A stretch of DNA of 64,000 nt, taken from contig CAYOCD010000001.1 in NCBI GenBank assembly GCA_964402425.1, forward strand, positions 4,349 to 68,348, given 5' to 3'. Below, in pieces: positions 1 to 8,570 of this stretch. The stretch is from an uncultured Gammaproteobacteria bacterium. Its GTDB lineage: Bacteria; Patescibacteriota; Patescibacteriia; UBA9934; GWF2-40-263. The position numbers were made by a program, and so were the translations under genes. The notes under the pieces were generated by a model. That model was given only the letters and a program-made list of their open reading frames with translations. It searched no databases and was not told the DNA's origin. Each line of letters begins with the position of its first letter. The stretch's first letter is position 1.

Positions 1-1621
1 CTTCAACTGGACCAAATCCCGCAAAGGAACCGACTGTATTATTGAGTGCGTATCCGCCATTTGCACTTGCAACCTGAGCCGTTCCTGTTTTTCCCGCAAT
101 GTAGTACCCAGAAACACCCGCACGCTTTCCATGACCATGTTCCACAACAGACACAAGCATCGCCCCGATTGTTCGCGCCGTTTTTGGACTCACGACTTGT
201 GTAATATCTTGTGGTGTTCGTTTTTCAATCGTACCGTCCGGATAACGAATCTCATCAATGATCATTGGTTTTTTAAGGACCCCTCCATTTGCAAGGGCAG
301 CATACGCCATAACCACCTGAAGCGGTGTCACGGAAATTCCCTGTCCAAAAGACGCTGTCGCACGATAAATTTCTGATTTCTTTTCCATGGAACTAATGTC
401 ACCAGCAGATTCTGTATCAAGTTCCACACCTGTCTTTTTTCCAAATCCAAACTTTTTCACCGCATCTGTAAAAACATCTCCTCCCATTTTTCGCATAGAA
501 AAAATCATTCCCGTGTTAATCGATTCTTCCAAAACGGTTGTCATGTCCACTAAGCCGTATTTTTTATTCTCAGCGTTTTTAATAGGTCTTGGCCACCCTT
601 CTACCATAGATTCTCCGGTGTCCTCAAACAATGTTGTTGCCGCAACCGCCCCAACATCAATGGCTGCTGCCATGGTCAGTGGTTTAAAAATCGATCCAGG
701 CTCATACGAACCAAAAATAGTTGGATTATTGTAGACCATTGAATTTTCAACTTTATTAAATTGATTTGGATCAAAATCCGGCGCAGCACACATGGCAAGA
801 ATACGTCCCGTATCCGGATCCACAACCACAATACTTCCGGAATCGGCTCCATGTTTTTTTACCGCTGCTGCCACAAGCGAGCAAGCTTTAAACTGAATCA
901 CACGATCAAGTGTCAAAACAAGATCTGATCCGTTTTGTGCTGGTGTAAGCGAGTGATCCGCAATCGCAATGATGTTTCCCGCAATATCTCTGTCCGATTT
1001 CAAAAATCCTTGTGTTCCCGCAAGGTCTTTCTGAAAATACCCTTCAATCCCATAACGTCCTTTTTGTTGACCTTCCGCATCTGAACCAAGAAATCCCAAG
1101 ATCTGTCCTCCGAGATTTTTTTCCGGGTACAATCGTACGGATTCCATGATAAAAAATATCCCAGGAAGTTTTAACGCAACGATTTTATCTAATGTCTCTT
1201 TTGCAATTCCCCGTTGAATCGGTTCATACGGATCTTTTGTGTCACTAAATTTTGTTTCAAGTTTTGCCTTGCGTTCATCATCAAACATCAAAATCTTTGC
1301 CAGTGCTTCTACGGTTTCTTTTGGGTCTTTGATGTATCGAGGGTCCGCATACAAAAACGCGAGTTGTTGATTTGTGATAACAGGAATCAATTGTTCTTGA
1401 TCGCGCATAAACACACGCCCACGTTCCGGATACAACTTTTTAAAAATCTCATGCTGACCACTTGCAAGCGCGGAATAATTTCCATGCTGGACGATTTGAA
1501 TCAAAAAAAGCTTGAGGACAATGACTGTGGCAAACAACAAAAAAACAGAACGCAACGCATCCATGCGCCAATCGCGTTTTGTTCCTGTCTGTTGTTGCCA
1601 TTGTTTTTTACGTCGTTCCAT
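1..1621 (-). CDS. ftsI: Class B penicillin-binding protein (FtsI/PBP3-like), 3' end truncated by window edge
   Basis: Manual translation from ATG 1621 gives MERRKKQW...LFLIQIVQH...PERGRVF with an N-terminal TM helix and transpeptidase motifs YEPGSIFK (SxxK), SINTG (SxN) and AGKTGTAQ (KTG). Confidence 0.9.
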   Translation of the reverse strand, partial: MERRKKQWQQQTGTKRDWRMDALRSVFLLFATVIVLKLFLIQIVQHGNYSALASGQHEIFKKLYPERGRVFMRDQEQLIPVITNQQLAFLYADPRYIKDPKETVEALAKILMFDDERKAKLETKFSDTKDPYEPIQRGIAKETLDKIVALKLPGIFFIMESVRLYPEKNLGGQILGFLGSDAEGQQKGRYGIEGYFQKDLAGTQGFLKSDRDIAGNIIAIADHSLTPAQNGSDLVLTLDRVIQFKACSLVAAAVKKHGADSGSIVVVDPDTGRILAMCAAPDFDPNQFNKVENSMVYNNPTIFGSYEPGSIFKPLTMAAAIDVGAVAATTLFEDTGESMVEGWPRPIKNAENKKYGLVDMTTVLEESINTGMIFSMRKMGGDVFTDAVKKFGFGKKTGVELDTESAGDISSMEKKSEIYRATASFGQGISVTPLQVVMAYAALANGGVLKKPMIIDEIRYPDGTIEKRTPQDITQVVSPKTARTIGAMLVSVVEHGHGKRAGVSGYYIAGKTGTAQVASANGGYALNNTVGSFAGFGPVE

Positions 1622-1724
1622 ACTTATGTATCTAATCCAGACAACAATCTTTTTCCTCTTAGGCGCATATTTTTTGAACATTCTTCCATCACTCACCCCA
1701 AAAAAAAAGAAGAGATTCGTGCAT

Positions 1725-1864
1725 GACAGAAAGGCTGAAAGGTCGGAAAGGTTTGAAAAGAAATAAAAATACAAACGTTTTGACGTTTGTATTTTACAGC
1801 ATTTTTTCTTCGTCTCCAACATTTCCGCCCTTTCATCCTTTTCAGACCTTTCCGCCCCTTCCCC
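1725..1864. repeat. Two inverted 9-bp tandem arrays (nnGGAAAGG-type) flanking a terminator hairpin
   Basis: Plus strand GCTGAAAGG TCGGAAAGG TTTGAAAAG; minus strand GGGGAAGGG GCGGAAAGG TCTGAAAAG GATGAAAGG GCGGAAATG. Confidence 0.8.
1766..1795 (-). terminator. Intrinsic terminator
   Basis: AAAATACAAACGT-4 nt loop-ACGTTTGTATTTT downstream of the 1864-2304 gene. Confidence 0.7.
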
Positions 1865-2304
1865 TAAATCTCCGAAAGATCGTCTTCTGAAACAGTTCTG
1901 CCAAAGTAAGAGACCGCATCCCCCGTGTTTTCATTCGTAATGACACGAAGGGTTTCACCGTCTTTTGATTGATAGTCAGAAAATCCATTACGATCTTCTT
2001 CTTCCAAAAAGGCGTCGCCATCAACTTGCTTCACGACCCCAGCATCTTCATAACTAAATTCGTATTCTTTGTTTTGAAACAAGATCACTTCTGATGGCTC
2101 GATCTCTTCTGTGATTTGGTGAAAGAGAACAATTTCATCTTCCTTTGGCGCAACAGACAACATGTTGTCTTCATCGTCATACAACCAGAACATGGTTGTC
2201 CCATCATCAAGCGTAATTTCCGCTTGTCCAATTTTTGTGAATGGCTCGTTGGCAACACTCACGCTCTCACCTAATTCCATGGCCAAAAGATCGCTGATTT
2301 TCAT
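1864..2304 (-). CDS. Acidic hypothetical protein, DUF4178-like
   Basis: 146-aa ORF; the pattern FWLYD..LSV...YEFSYEDAG..DY resembles DUF4178 (from memory). Confidence 0.6.
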   Translation of the reverse strand: MKISDLLAMELGESVSVANEPFTKIGQAEITLDDGTTMFWLYDDEDNMLSVAPKEDEIVLFHQITEEIEPSEVILFQNKEYEFSYEDAGVVKQVDGDAFLEEEDRNGFSDYQSKDGETLRVITNENTGDAVSYFGRTVSEDDLSEI

Positions 2305-2427
2305 ATTGATTTTACGTTGGAGCAGTTCCTCCTTATTTTTTTACTTCTTTGGCGATTATACTCGATAACGAAATTCTGTCTACACGCAGAAAACACCCAT
2401 TTTACGGGCACTTTCTGCGCCCAACTC

Positions 2428-2456
2428 TTGACAAAACCCCATTTTTATGATATATT
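2428..2456 (+). promoter_or_regulatory. Near-consensus sigma70 promoter with extended -10
   Basis: TTGACA (2428-33), 17-bp spacer, TGa-TATATT (2451-56). Confidence 0.85.
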
Positions 2457-2462
2457 GTGTTG

Positions 2463-2612
2463 TCGATGATGCAATGCGCCCACATCGTTGCTGACGAATC
2501 TTCGTCATAAGCGATGTGGTCGAATCCTAGTCTGGATGAAACCCGAACCGTGTGCAAAGCGCAAAAGCGATGCACTAACTTGGACGCGAAACCGCGTTCT
2601 TTCAACAGGAGT
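2463..2612 (+). ncRNA. Putative structured 5' leader RNA
   Basis: Hairpins CCACATCG..TGACGAA/TTCGTCA..CGATGTGG, GTGCA-CGC-AAAA-GCG-TGCAC and GACGCG-AAAC-CGCGTT, followed by the SD CAGGAG. Confidence 0.45.
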
Positions 2613-2617
2613 TCTAG

Positions 2618-3238
2618 ATGAGCCTCAGCACCAATCCGATCATGGAACGTCTTCTCTCGAACCTCTCGACGGTGGACCGCGACTCCACGAACAATGGCAT
2701 GCGAAAGCGCGTGCTCACGATCGTGGACGTCCAGGCTAGCATCTCGACGAAGGACGTCGAGTTCAAGGCAGATAAGACTCCCGACGGCACCGACTACCTC
2801 TACGCCAACATCAAGGGCGTGGACGTACACCTGCGCGACGGCCTCATGCCGATCGGCGACACGGTCACCGGCCGGATCGAAATCAAGATCCGCACCTGGG
2901 AAAAGGCGGATGGCACTGGCTACCGCAATTACCAGTTCTACCTCAACTGCTTCCCGGCGACCAAATCGCCGACCTGCCAGATCGTGTTCCACGACCCCGA
3001 AGAAACCCGATGGGCGCGGGACATCGACGGACACAACGGCGTCTTCGCCCACGTGTCCTCGGACCGCAAGCGGAACCATCACCTCGAGGTCTGCGGCTTC
3101 AACGTCGAGACCGACGCCGCGAACCGCCGCCCGCGCCGCCCCGTCTTGACCGGAACTCCGCGAGAGATGGAGGTCTATGAACGGTGCGGTACCGAAAATC
3201 TCCTCAACGAACTGGACAAGCGCTACAATCAGCTGTAA
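2618..3238 (+). CDS. Hypothetical protein, high-GC orphan
   Basis: 206-aa ORF with SD CAGGAG, its own promoter and terminator, and strongly C/G-ending codons. Confidence 0.8.
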   Translation: MSLSTNPIMERLLSNLSTVDRDSTNNGMRKRVLTIVDVQASISTKDVEFKADKTPDGTDYLYANIKGVDVHLRDGLMPIGDTVTGRIEIKIRTWEKADGTGYRNYQFYLNCFPATKSPTCQIVFHDPEETRWARDIDGHNGVFAHVSSDRKRNHHLEVCGFNVETDAANRRPRRPVLTGTPREMEVYERCGTENLLNELDKRYNQL

Positions 3239-3261
3239 GCCACCCACTTGCCCTGAGCAAG

Positions 3262-3319
3262 AAGAAAACCTCGAGCGTAGCTCGACGTCACTTTCTTCAC
3301 AGCTCGGGGTTTTCTTTTT
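3262..3319 (+). terminator. Intrinsic terminator
   Basis: AAGAAAACCTCGAGC...GCTCGGGGTTTTCTT followed by a T tract. Confidence 0.7.
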
Positions 3320-3328
3320 GAAAAAAGG

Positions 3329-3438
3329 CCTGAGAGGCAAGAGAAGCTCGAGATGCTAGAGAGGTTTTCAGACATGATTCACAAAAATTTTTAATTCGGC
3401 TTCTCAAGCCTCTCTTGCCTCTCCAGCATCTCAAACCT
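3329..3438. repeat. Two inverted 9-bp tandem arrays (CnnGAGAGG-type)
   Basis: Plus CCTGAGAGG CAAGAGAAG CTCGAGATG CTAGAGAGG; minus TTTGAGATG CTGGAGAGG CAAGAGAGG CTTGAGAAG. Confidence 0.8.
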
Positions 3439-3458
3439 TTCTGCTATACTACCCTCAT

Positions 3459-5006
3459 ATGCAATTAAAATCCGCATGGATTGGTTACGATTTTCCGTTC
3501 GACACCGTTGAAGCACATCCGCAAATTGTGGAGTGGAGAAAAAATGGATTAGAAAAGCGAGTCAAAATGCCGGAGCATCATATGACGCTCGGGTATTTTG
3601 ATTCTGTTGATTCTGAGAAGCTTGTCGAAGCACTCAAAAAACTTAGCGCTCCCCTTTCACAAACAACTGTTGTGTTTGATGGGTTTGGCGTAATCGATGG
3701 CTATACCTATCTCACTCCAACCCTTGTGGAAGGCGATTCTTCGCGCATGATCCGTAGAGAACTTCTTGCTTCAGAACTTCTCGCCCCAGAAAACGATAAG
3801 GACTTTCACGTATCGATTGGCGGAGCAGACCCGTTCACAAGCAGCAAACCAAAAGAAACAGATCTTGTTCCAACATTATCCATTGATGGACAACTTGTTC
3901 TTGTTGGCAAAAATGGAGAAAAATTTGTGAAACTTTTTTGGGATGATGCAAAGCAGAACTTCGTTGATCCAACCGCAAAACAAACACACACACCCATTCC
4001 AGTTGAAGCGATTGTCATCTTTCCAAAAATCCAAGCAGACACCTGTGTCGCGCTTTATCTTCTTGCCCGATTCGGTAAAGAAGCGTTTCCAGGCATTGAT
4101 GTTGCTCCGGTTCTCTTTTGGTCATCTCTTCCGGAAGGAAAAAATCCAGATCAACTTCTTTCGGAAGAACATGTACTAACAATTGACCTTGGTGGCGGAT
4201 TGTTTGATCACCACATCGCAAATGCAACTTCTGGAAGACGTGAAAATTGCGCGTCAACACTGATTGCAACATACCTTGAAATCGATCAAAATCCCGCACT
4301 CAAAAAAGTCCTTGCCTGGGCAAAACGCGATGATCTTGAAGGAAAAGGTACGATCAGCGACGATCCGCTTGATCGCGCGTTTGGTCTCTCTGGACTCATG
4401 ATGAATTTAAATCGTGCCTTTCCGAACGATCCAAAGCGCACGCTCGACTATATTCTTCCACTCATTCACTTCCATGTTTTGGAAGAACAAAAACGATCTG
4501 AAGAACTTCCACGTGAATGGGAACAACTCCTTGCAAACGGAAGTGCAAAACAATTTGATCTAAAACAAGGAAGTGCAGATTTAAAATGTGCCTATCTAGA
4601 AACGGATAATATTGCCCTTGCAGGTTTTCTCCGTGCTGCAAAGCGCATGGACTTGATTATCCAACGTCGCGCATCAAGTAACCACACAAACATCATTACA
4701 CGACAATTACGCAGTATTGATCTACGTCCAACAATTGAGGTGCTTCGTAAAGAAGAAGCAAAACGTAAAACACCACCCGTCCCCTTTGATCGCGTTGTGT
4801 TTCAAACAGCTGGTCGTGTTGAAGGAATTGATGAATGGTTTTATGACGATGCGGCAAACACCATTCAAAACGGTGGTGTAAACCCAGGCACAACTCAAGC
4901 AACACACATGAGTGGAGAGGAAATTCTTGATATTGTGAAACGTACGATCCCATTTGGAATCATTGGAGCATTGAAACGAAAGAAAAGTATTGAACTCGGA
5001 AAATAA
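3459..5006 (+). CDS. 2H phosphoesterase (2'-5' RNA ligase-like) domain fused to a MYG1/DHH-like domain
   Basis: HMTL and HVSI 2H motifs in the N-terminal part; IQADTCVALYLL and IDLGGGLFDHH in the C-terminal part. Confidence 0.65.
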   Translation: MQLKSAWIGYDFPFDTVEAHPQIVEWRKNGLEKRVKMPEHHMTLGYFDSVDSEKLVEALKKLSAPLSQTTVVFDGFGVIDGYTYLTPTLVEGDSSRMIRRELLASELLAPENDKDFHVSIGGADPFTSSKPKETDLVPTLSIDGQLVLVGKNGEKFVKLFWDDAKQNFVDPTAKQTHTPIPVEAIVIFPKIQADTCVALYLLARFGKEAFPGIDVAPVLFWSSLPEGKNPDQLLSEEHVLTIDLGGGLFDHHIANATSGRRENCASTLIATYLEIDQNPALKKVLAWAKRDDLEGKGTISDDPLDRAFGLSGLMMNLNRAFPNDPKRTLDYILPLIHFHVLEEQKRSEELPREWEQLLANGSAKQFDLKQGSADLKCAYLETDNIALAGFLRAAKRMDLIIQRRASSNHTNIITRQLRSIDLRPTIEVLRKEEAKRKTPPVPFDRVVFQTAGRVEGIDEWFYDDAANTIQNGGVNPGTTQATHMSGEEILDIVKRTIPFGIIGALKRKKSIELGK

Positions 5007-5022
5007 AAGAAAAAACCAAACG

Positions 5023-5544
5023 TTATGCGTTTGGTTTTTTTGTGAACAAATATATCTTCTGACTCCCCTCCGCCTCATCCACAACATCCGGTGTCCATCC
5101 AGGAATCGGCCATACATATGTAATGACGCGTGCACCAGGCTTTAATTCTTTCTCAAGCTTTGGACGAATCTTCTCATACGTCTCTGGCATAAGAAACATG
5201 TACACCACGTCCACGTTTGAAAGATCTGCATGAAACGCATTACCGAGTTTTATTTGGATATTTGTAAGACCCGCGAATGTTGATTGAAACCACGCGATCA
5301 CAACTTGCGCAATCGAAAGCTCAACACCAATCACATGTGCATCTTTCGATCTTGCCGCAACCGCACGACACACGCGCCCGTTTCCACATCCGAGTTCTAT
5401 AAATACCTCACCGGATTTGAGATTCGCAAGCTTTACGATCCGCTCGAAATCTTTTTTCCACGTTGGAACCCAAGGCGCACCCGCGTTTGCGGCGTAGGCG
5501 AATGAAATAAGAAGAATCAGAAAGAGGGCGTAGAGGATCCACAT
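5023..5544 (-). CDS. Membrane-anchored class I SAM methyltransferase (FAM173-like)
   Basis: N-terminal TM, GAPWVPT, ELGCGNGRV, DVVYMFL, LKPGARV; start placed at ATG 5544 after a -10 box. Confidence 0.85.
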   Translation of the reverse strand: MWILYALFLILLISFAYAANAGAPWVPTWKKDFERIVKLANLKSGEVFIELGCGNGRVCRAVAARSKDAHVIGVELSIAQVVIAWFQSTFAGLTNIQIKLGNAFHADLSNVDVVYMFLMPETYEKIRPKLEKELKPGARVITYVWPIPGWTPDVVDEAEGSQKIYLFTKKPNA

Positions 5545-5634
5545 AATGACGTCATGGTAACATTTCAATACGGAAAAATACAGAAATAATATTCATTTCA
5601 CTTTTTTCGCATCCTTTGATATCCTTCCTTCGTT

Positions 5635-6366
5635 ATGAAACCAATTCTCCTCCTCCAAATACGCCCAGAAGACGCTGCATCAAACGGTGAATATGAGGCC
5701 CTTTTAAAATTCGGAGAGCTCTCAGCTCAAGATATCCATCGCGTACGTGTTGAACAGACAGGTGTCCCAGAAGTCACGTTTGAAAATTACTCAGCAATTA
5801 TTGTTGGTGGTGGCCCATGGAACCCAGGAGATCCAGAGGAAAAAAAATCGGATGTTCAAAAGCGTGCAGAAGCGGCATTTGCCCCACTTATGCAGAAAGT
5901 GGCCAAACAAGATTTTCCTTGTTTAGCTATTTGCTACGGACTTGAAATTCTCACAAAAAGTCTTGATGTCGCTATTACACACGACTTCCGTGAAAAACCA
6001 GGAGCTGTTGATCTCATGATCACAAAAGAAGGTACTCAGGACCCGCTTCTCACAGGACTCCCTCAATCATTCCGTGGATTTGTTGGACACAAAGAAGCAG
6101 CGGCACATGTTCCAGAAGGCGGAACTTTGCTTGTTTCCTCAAAAGATTGTCCTCCACACATGTTCCGTTTAGGACAAAATGTCTACGCGGTTCAATTCCA
6201 TCCAGAACTTGATGTCGAAGGAATGTGTGCTCGCACAGATATTTACAAACATGCTGGCTATTTTCCCCCAGAACAAGCCGAAGAAATTAAAACAATGGTA
6301 CGGCGCGAAAACATCACTATTCCAATGGAAATTTTGAAACGTTTTATCAAGCGATACCACGCATAA
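5635..6366 (+). CDS. Class I glutamine amidotransferase
   Basis: Nucleophile elbow LAICYG and QFHPE catalytic His-Glu. Confidence 0.9.
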   Translation: MKPILLLQIRPEDAASNGEYEALLKFGELSAQDIHRVRVEQTGVPEVTFENYSAIIVGGGPWNPGDPEEKKSDVQKRAEAAFAPLMQKVAKQDFPCLAICYGLEILTKSLDVAITHDFREKPGAVDLMITKEGTQDPLLTGLPQSFRGFVGHKEAAAHVPEGGTLLVSSKDCPPHMFRLGQNVYAVQFHPELDVEGMCARTDIYKHAGYFPPEQAEEIKTMVRRENITIPMEILKRFIKRYHA

Positions 6367-6403
6367 AAAAAGAAAACTCGGCAATGGCCGGGTTTTCTTT
6401 TTT
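6366..6403. terminator. Bidirectional terminator
   Basis: AAAAAAGAAAACTCGGC-AATG-GCCGGGTTTTCTTTTTT between convergent genes. Confidence 0.8.
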
Positions 6404-6411
6404 GATATTTT

Positions 6412-7392
6412 TTAAAAATCCAAACCCTCTCGTGCCTTTACCCCTGAATAAAAATAATGTTTCCTCAATCCAACTTCACTGATCAAATGTGCACGATCAC
6501 GAAAAACATCCGGAACATTTCGACCTGTAAGCACAAGTTCTGTATTTGTTGGTTTCTTCTCAAGCAACTCAAGAACACGTTCGACAGACACCATGCCAAG
6601 ATCCATTGTTGAGTTGATCTCATCCATGACAACAAGGTCACATCCCGCATCGAACATGCGTTCAACTTCAAGAAGTCCTCGTGTAGCTTCATCTCGATCA
6701 ATGTCTTGAATCGAAAAATCAAATCGTCCAGTAACCGGATCAATCCGATCGCGACCAGTCGCAACAAGATCCACTCCCAATTTTCGAAGAACATCGCGTT
6801 CAAAATAGTGCGATTCCCCTCCTTTGTCGAAATATACGACTCCAACTTTTTTTCCCGCACCAACCGCGCGAACCATGAGTCCTGTTGCGGACGTTGTTTT
6901 TCCTTTTCCGTTTCCGGTAATCACTTGAATCAACCCAAATCCTTGATGACCAATCAGATCGCGATCATTTGCAACAACAATCCCTTCGCTTGTGCGATAT
7001 GCATCAAGAGCGCGTCGAAGCGATTCGAACATGGGAACGGTAGTTTCTTGTCGTGGATCGATCCAAACGTATTCCGTATGTTCTTCAGAAAGCTGAATCG
7101 ATACTTCTCCAATCGGAATCACATAAAAAATACCAACAACAGCATCTTGCTCACCACCCTCAAATCTCCAATGGTCTGTATGAAATGGTCGTGCCTTTCT
7201 CGGATCAATCTCGATCCCCAACTCTTCACGCAATTCTCGTTGCAATCCTTCAAGAAGAGACTCCCCTGCATTCATGCGCCCGCCAGGCGGTTCATAACAT
7301 GCATCCGCTCGCTTACCCGTATGACGCACAAACAAAATCTTTCCTTGTGGGTTGATGAGAAACGCTTTATTTGAAACAAATTTCTTTTCCAT
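6412..7392 (-). CDS. NUDIX hydrolase fused to cob(I)yrinic acid a,c-diamide adenosyltransferase (CobO/BtuR family)
   Basis: Nudix box GGRMNAGESLLEGLQRELREELG; CobO motifs GLIQVITGNGKGKTTSA, DLVVMDEI, ELVLTGR and KHYFYSGVKAREGLDF. Confidence 0.9.
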   Translation of the reverse strand: MEKKFVSNKAFLINPQGKILFVRHTGKRADACYEPPGGRMNAGESLLEGLQRELREELGIEIDPRKARPFHTDHWRFEGGEQDAVVGIFYVIPIGEVSIQLSEEHTEYVWIDPRQETTVPMFESLRRALDAYRTSEGIVVANDRDLIGHQGFGLIQVITGNGKGKTTSATGLMVRAVGAGKKVGVVYFDKGGESHYFERDVLRKLGVDLVATGRDRIDPVTGRFDFSIQDIDRDEATRGLLEVERMFDAGCDLVVMDEINSTMDLGMVSVERVLELLEKKPTNTELVLTGRNVPDVFRDRAHLISEVGLRKHYFYSGVKAREGLDF

Positions 7393-7436
7393 AGAGAACT
7401 ATCCACCCAATAAAAACGAATTAAACAAAAAAGATG

Positions 7437-7931
7437 TCACAAGCGTGACACCCCATCAACTTCTGATAAATATGCAGCGATTTCTTTTGGAACGAGCGAT
7501 TGCCAATCACTGCCTGTTTTCATTTTTTCACGGATCATCGTTCCGGAAATACCAGGGACTTCTTTAATGGGTTTCACCGGAATCACACCCTCAAAACATT
7601 TTGCTGTCCATGCATTCCCTGTCCATACAACATCAACAGGACCTGTTTGTTCTAACACCTTTTGACGCCACGCTGTATCATCTGTTTCATCTGGAAGCTC
7701 AACGAAATTAATGTCAAACAACGGGATTAAATCTTTTCCTTGAAGAGCACGTTGAAGCATCTCTTTACGCTCTTGAACCGTAAATGGATCATCTGACGTA
7801 TGATGCTTCTGTGAACTCCCAATTCCAATCCAAATTTTGCCACATAATTTAGTCATCCCTTCTATGACAAGCATGTGTCCATTGTGAAGCGGCTGAAAAC
7901 GACCAATAAAGAGTCCGGTTGGTTTTGGCAT
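7437..7931 (-). CDS. nadM: Nicotinamide-nucleotide adenylyltransferase (NadM-type)
   Basis: FIGRFQPLHNGH, GIGSSQ, DPFT..ER and ISGTMIRE motifs. Confidence 0.85.
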   Translation of the reverse strand: MPKPTGLFIGRFQPLHNGHMLVIEGMTKLCGKIWIGIGSSQKHHTSDDPFTVQERKEMLQRALQGKDLIPLFDINFVELPDETDDTAWRQKVLEQTGPVDVVWTGNAWTAKCFEGVIPVKPIKEVPGISGTMIREKMKTGSDWQSLVPKEIAAYLSEVDGVSRL

Positions 7932-8029
7932 AGATAGAATAGGAAGAGAAGATATGCAAAAAGTATATCGGAATTAAATGGATTCATCAATCCTCCCTAC
8001 GAACGATAAAATGGGGGGTGAGAAACAAA

Positions 8030-8194
8030 GGATATTGGGTTCACTCTTAAAAGGACTGTGTAAACTACATGCTTTCTCCGTTCACCCAAAATCCCTGCAA
8101 CAAATCGATCACAATACGTCACATCAGGGATATTGGGTTCACTCTCGAAAGTCTACGGCCATTCAAGACTTTCTCCGTTCACCCAAAATCCCTG
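8030..8194 (-). repeat. Two direct copies of a ~68-bp hairpin element
   Basis: GGATATTGGGTTCACTCT-variable-TTTCTCCGTTCACCCAAAATCCCTG at 8030-8097 and 8125-8194. Confidence 0.85.
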
Positions 8195-8297
8195 TCCGAC
8201 AAATTATTCTAGCGGATGATCAGGAATAATTTGTACCCCAGCTTCGCTGGGGTGGAACCAAAGAAAAAGACTCACGATAAACGTGAGTCTTTTTCTT

Positions 8298-8371
8298 TGG
8301 TTCCCGGACAGGGATTCGAACCCCGATACTCAGGACCAGAACCTGATGTCCTGCCGTTAGACGATCCGGGA
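8298..8371 (-). tRNA. tRNA-Gln (anticodon CTG)
   Basis: Reverse complement forms a cloverleaf with anticodon arm TCAGG-TTCTGGT-CCTGA, T loop GGTTCGAATCC and encoded CCA. Confidence 0.97.
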
Positions 8372-8382
8372 GTGAAGAGAGT

Positions 8383-8564
8383 GGAATGACCACAAACCGA
8401 AGGTTTGTGTGAATGTGAAATGATGGCAGAAAAACAATTGTCTCTGTTATTATTTTTCTCCCCATCATTTCACATTCACCTACCACCGGAGGTGGAGGCC
8501 ATTCCCGAACGAAGCGACACGGATATTGCCTCGCAATATCCGGAAGCCAGCCCGTTTCTTTCGC
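8383..8564 (-). ncRNA. Putative structured RNA transcribed upstream of tRNA-Gln
   Basis: Hairpin CGGATATTGC-GAG-GCAATATCCG, then a four-way junction closed by GGAATGGCC/GGTCATTCC that contains an 18-bp perfect stem. Confidence 0.55.
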
Positions 8565-8570
8565 GCGAGA

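Noticed and set aside
131-1766. Plus-strand ORFs at the window start
   Set aside because: They are antisense to ftsI, which the ORF track missed because it is truncated.
2491-2545. Hammerhead ribozyme (CTGACGA...GAAA)
   Set aside because: Stems I and III and a cleavage triplet cannot be formed convincingly, and CTGACGA is paired within another hairpin.
2402-3340. 312-aa minus-strand ORF and 151-aa alternate-frame ORF
   Set aside because: Shadow ORFs of the high-GC3 gene; the promoter, SD and terminator all support 2618-3238 on the plus strand.
8030-8194. Possible CRISPR mini-array
   Set aside because: Only two units, each a hairpin made of two different arms; no regular repeat-spacer series and no cas genes.
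8383-8564. SRP RNA (ffs), often found next to dnaX
   Set aside because: The conserved CAGG-GNRA-AGCAG domain IV motif is absent.
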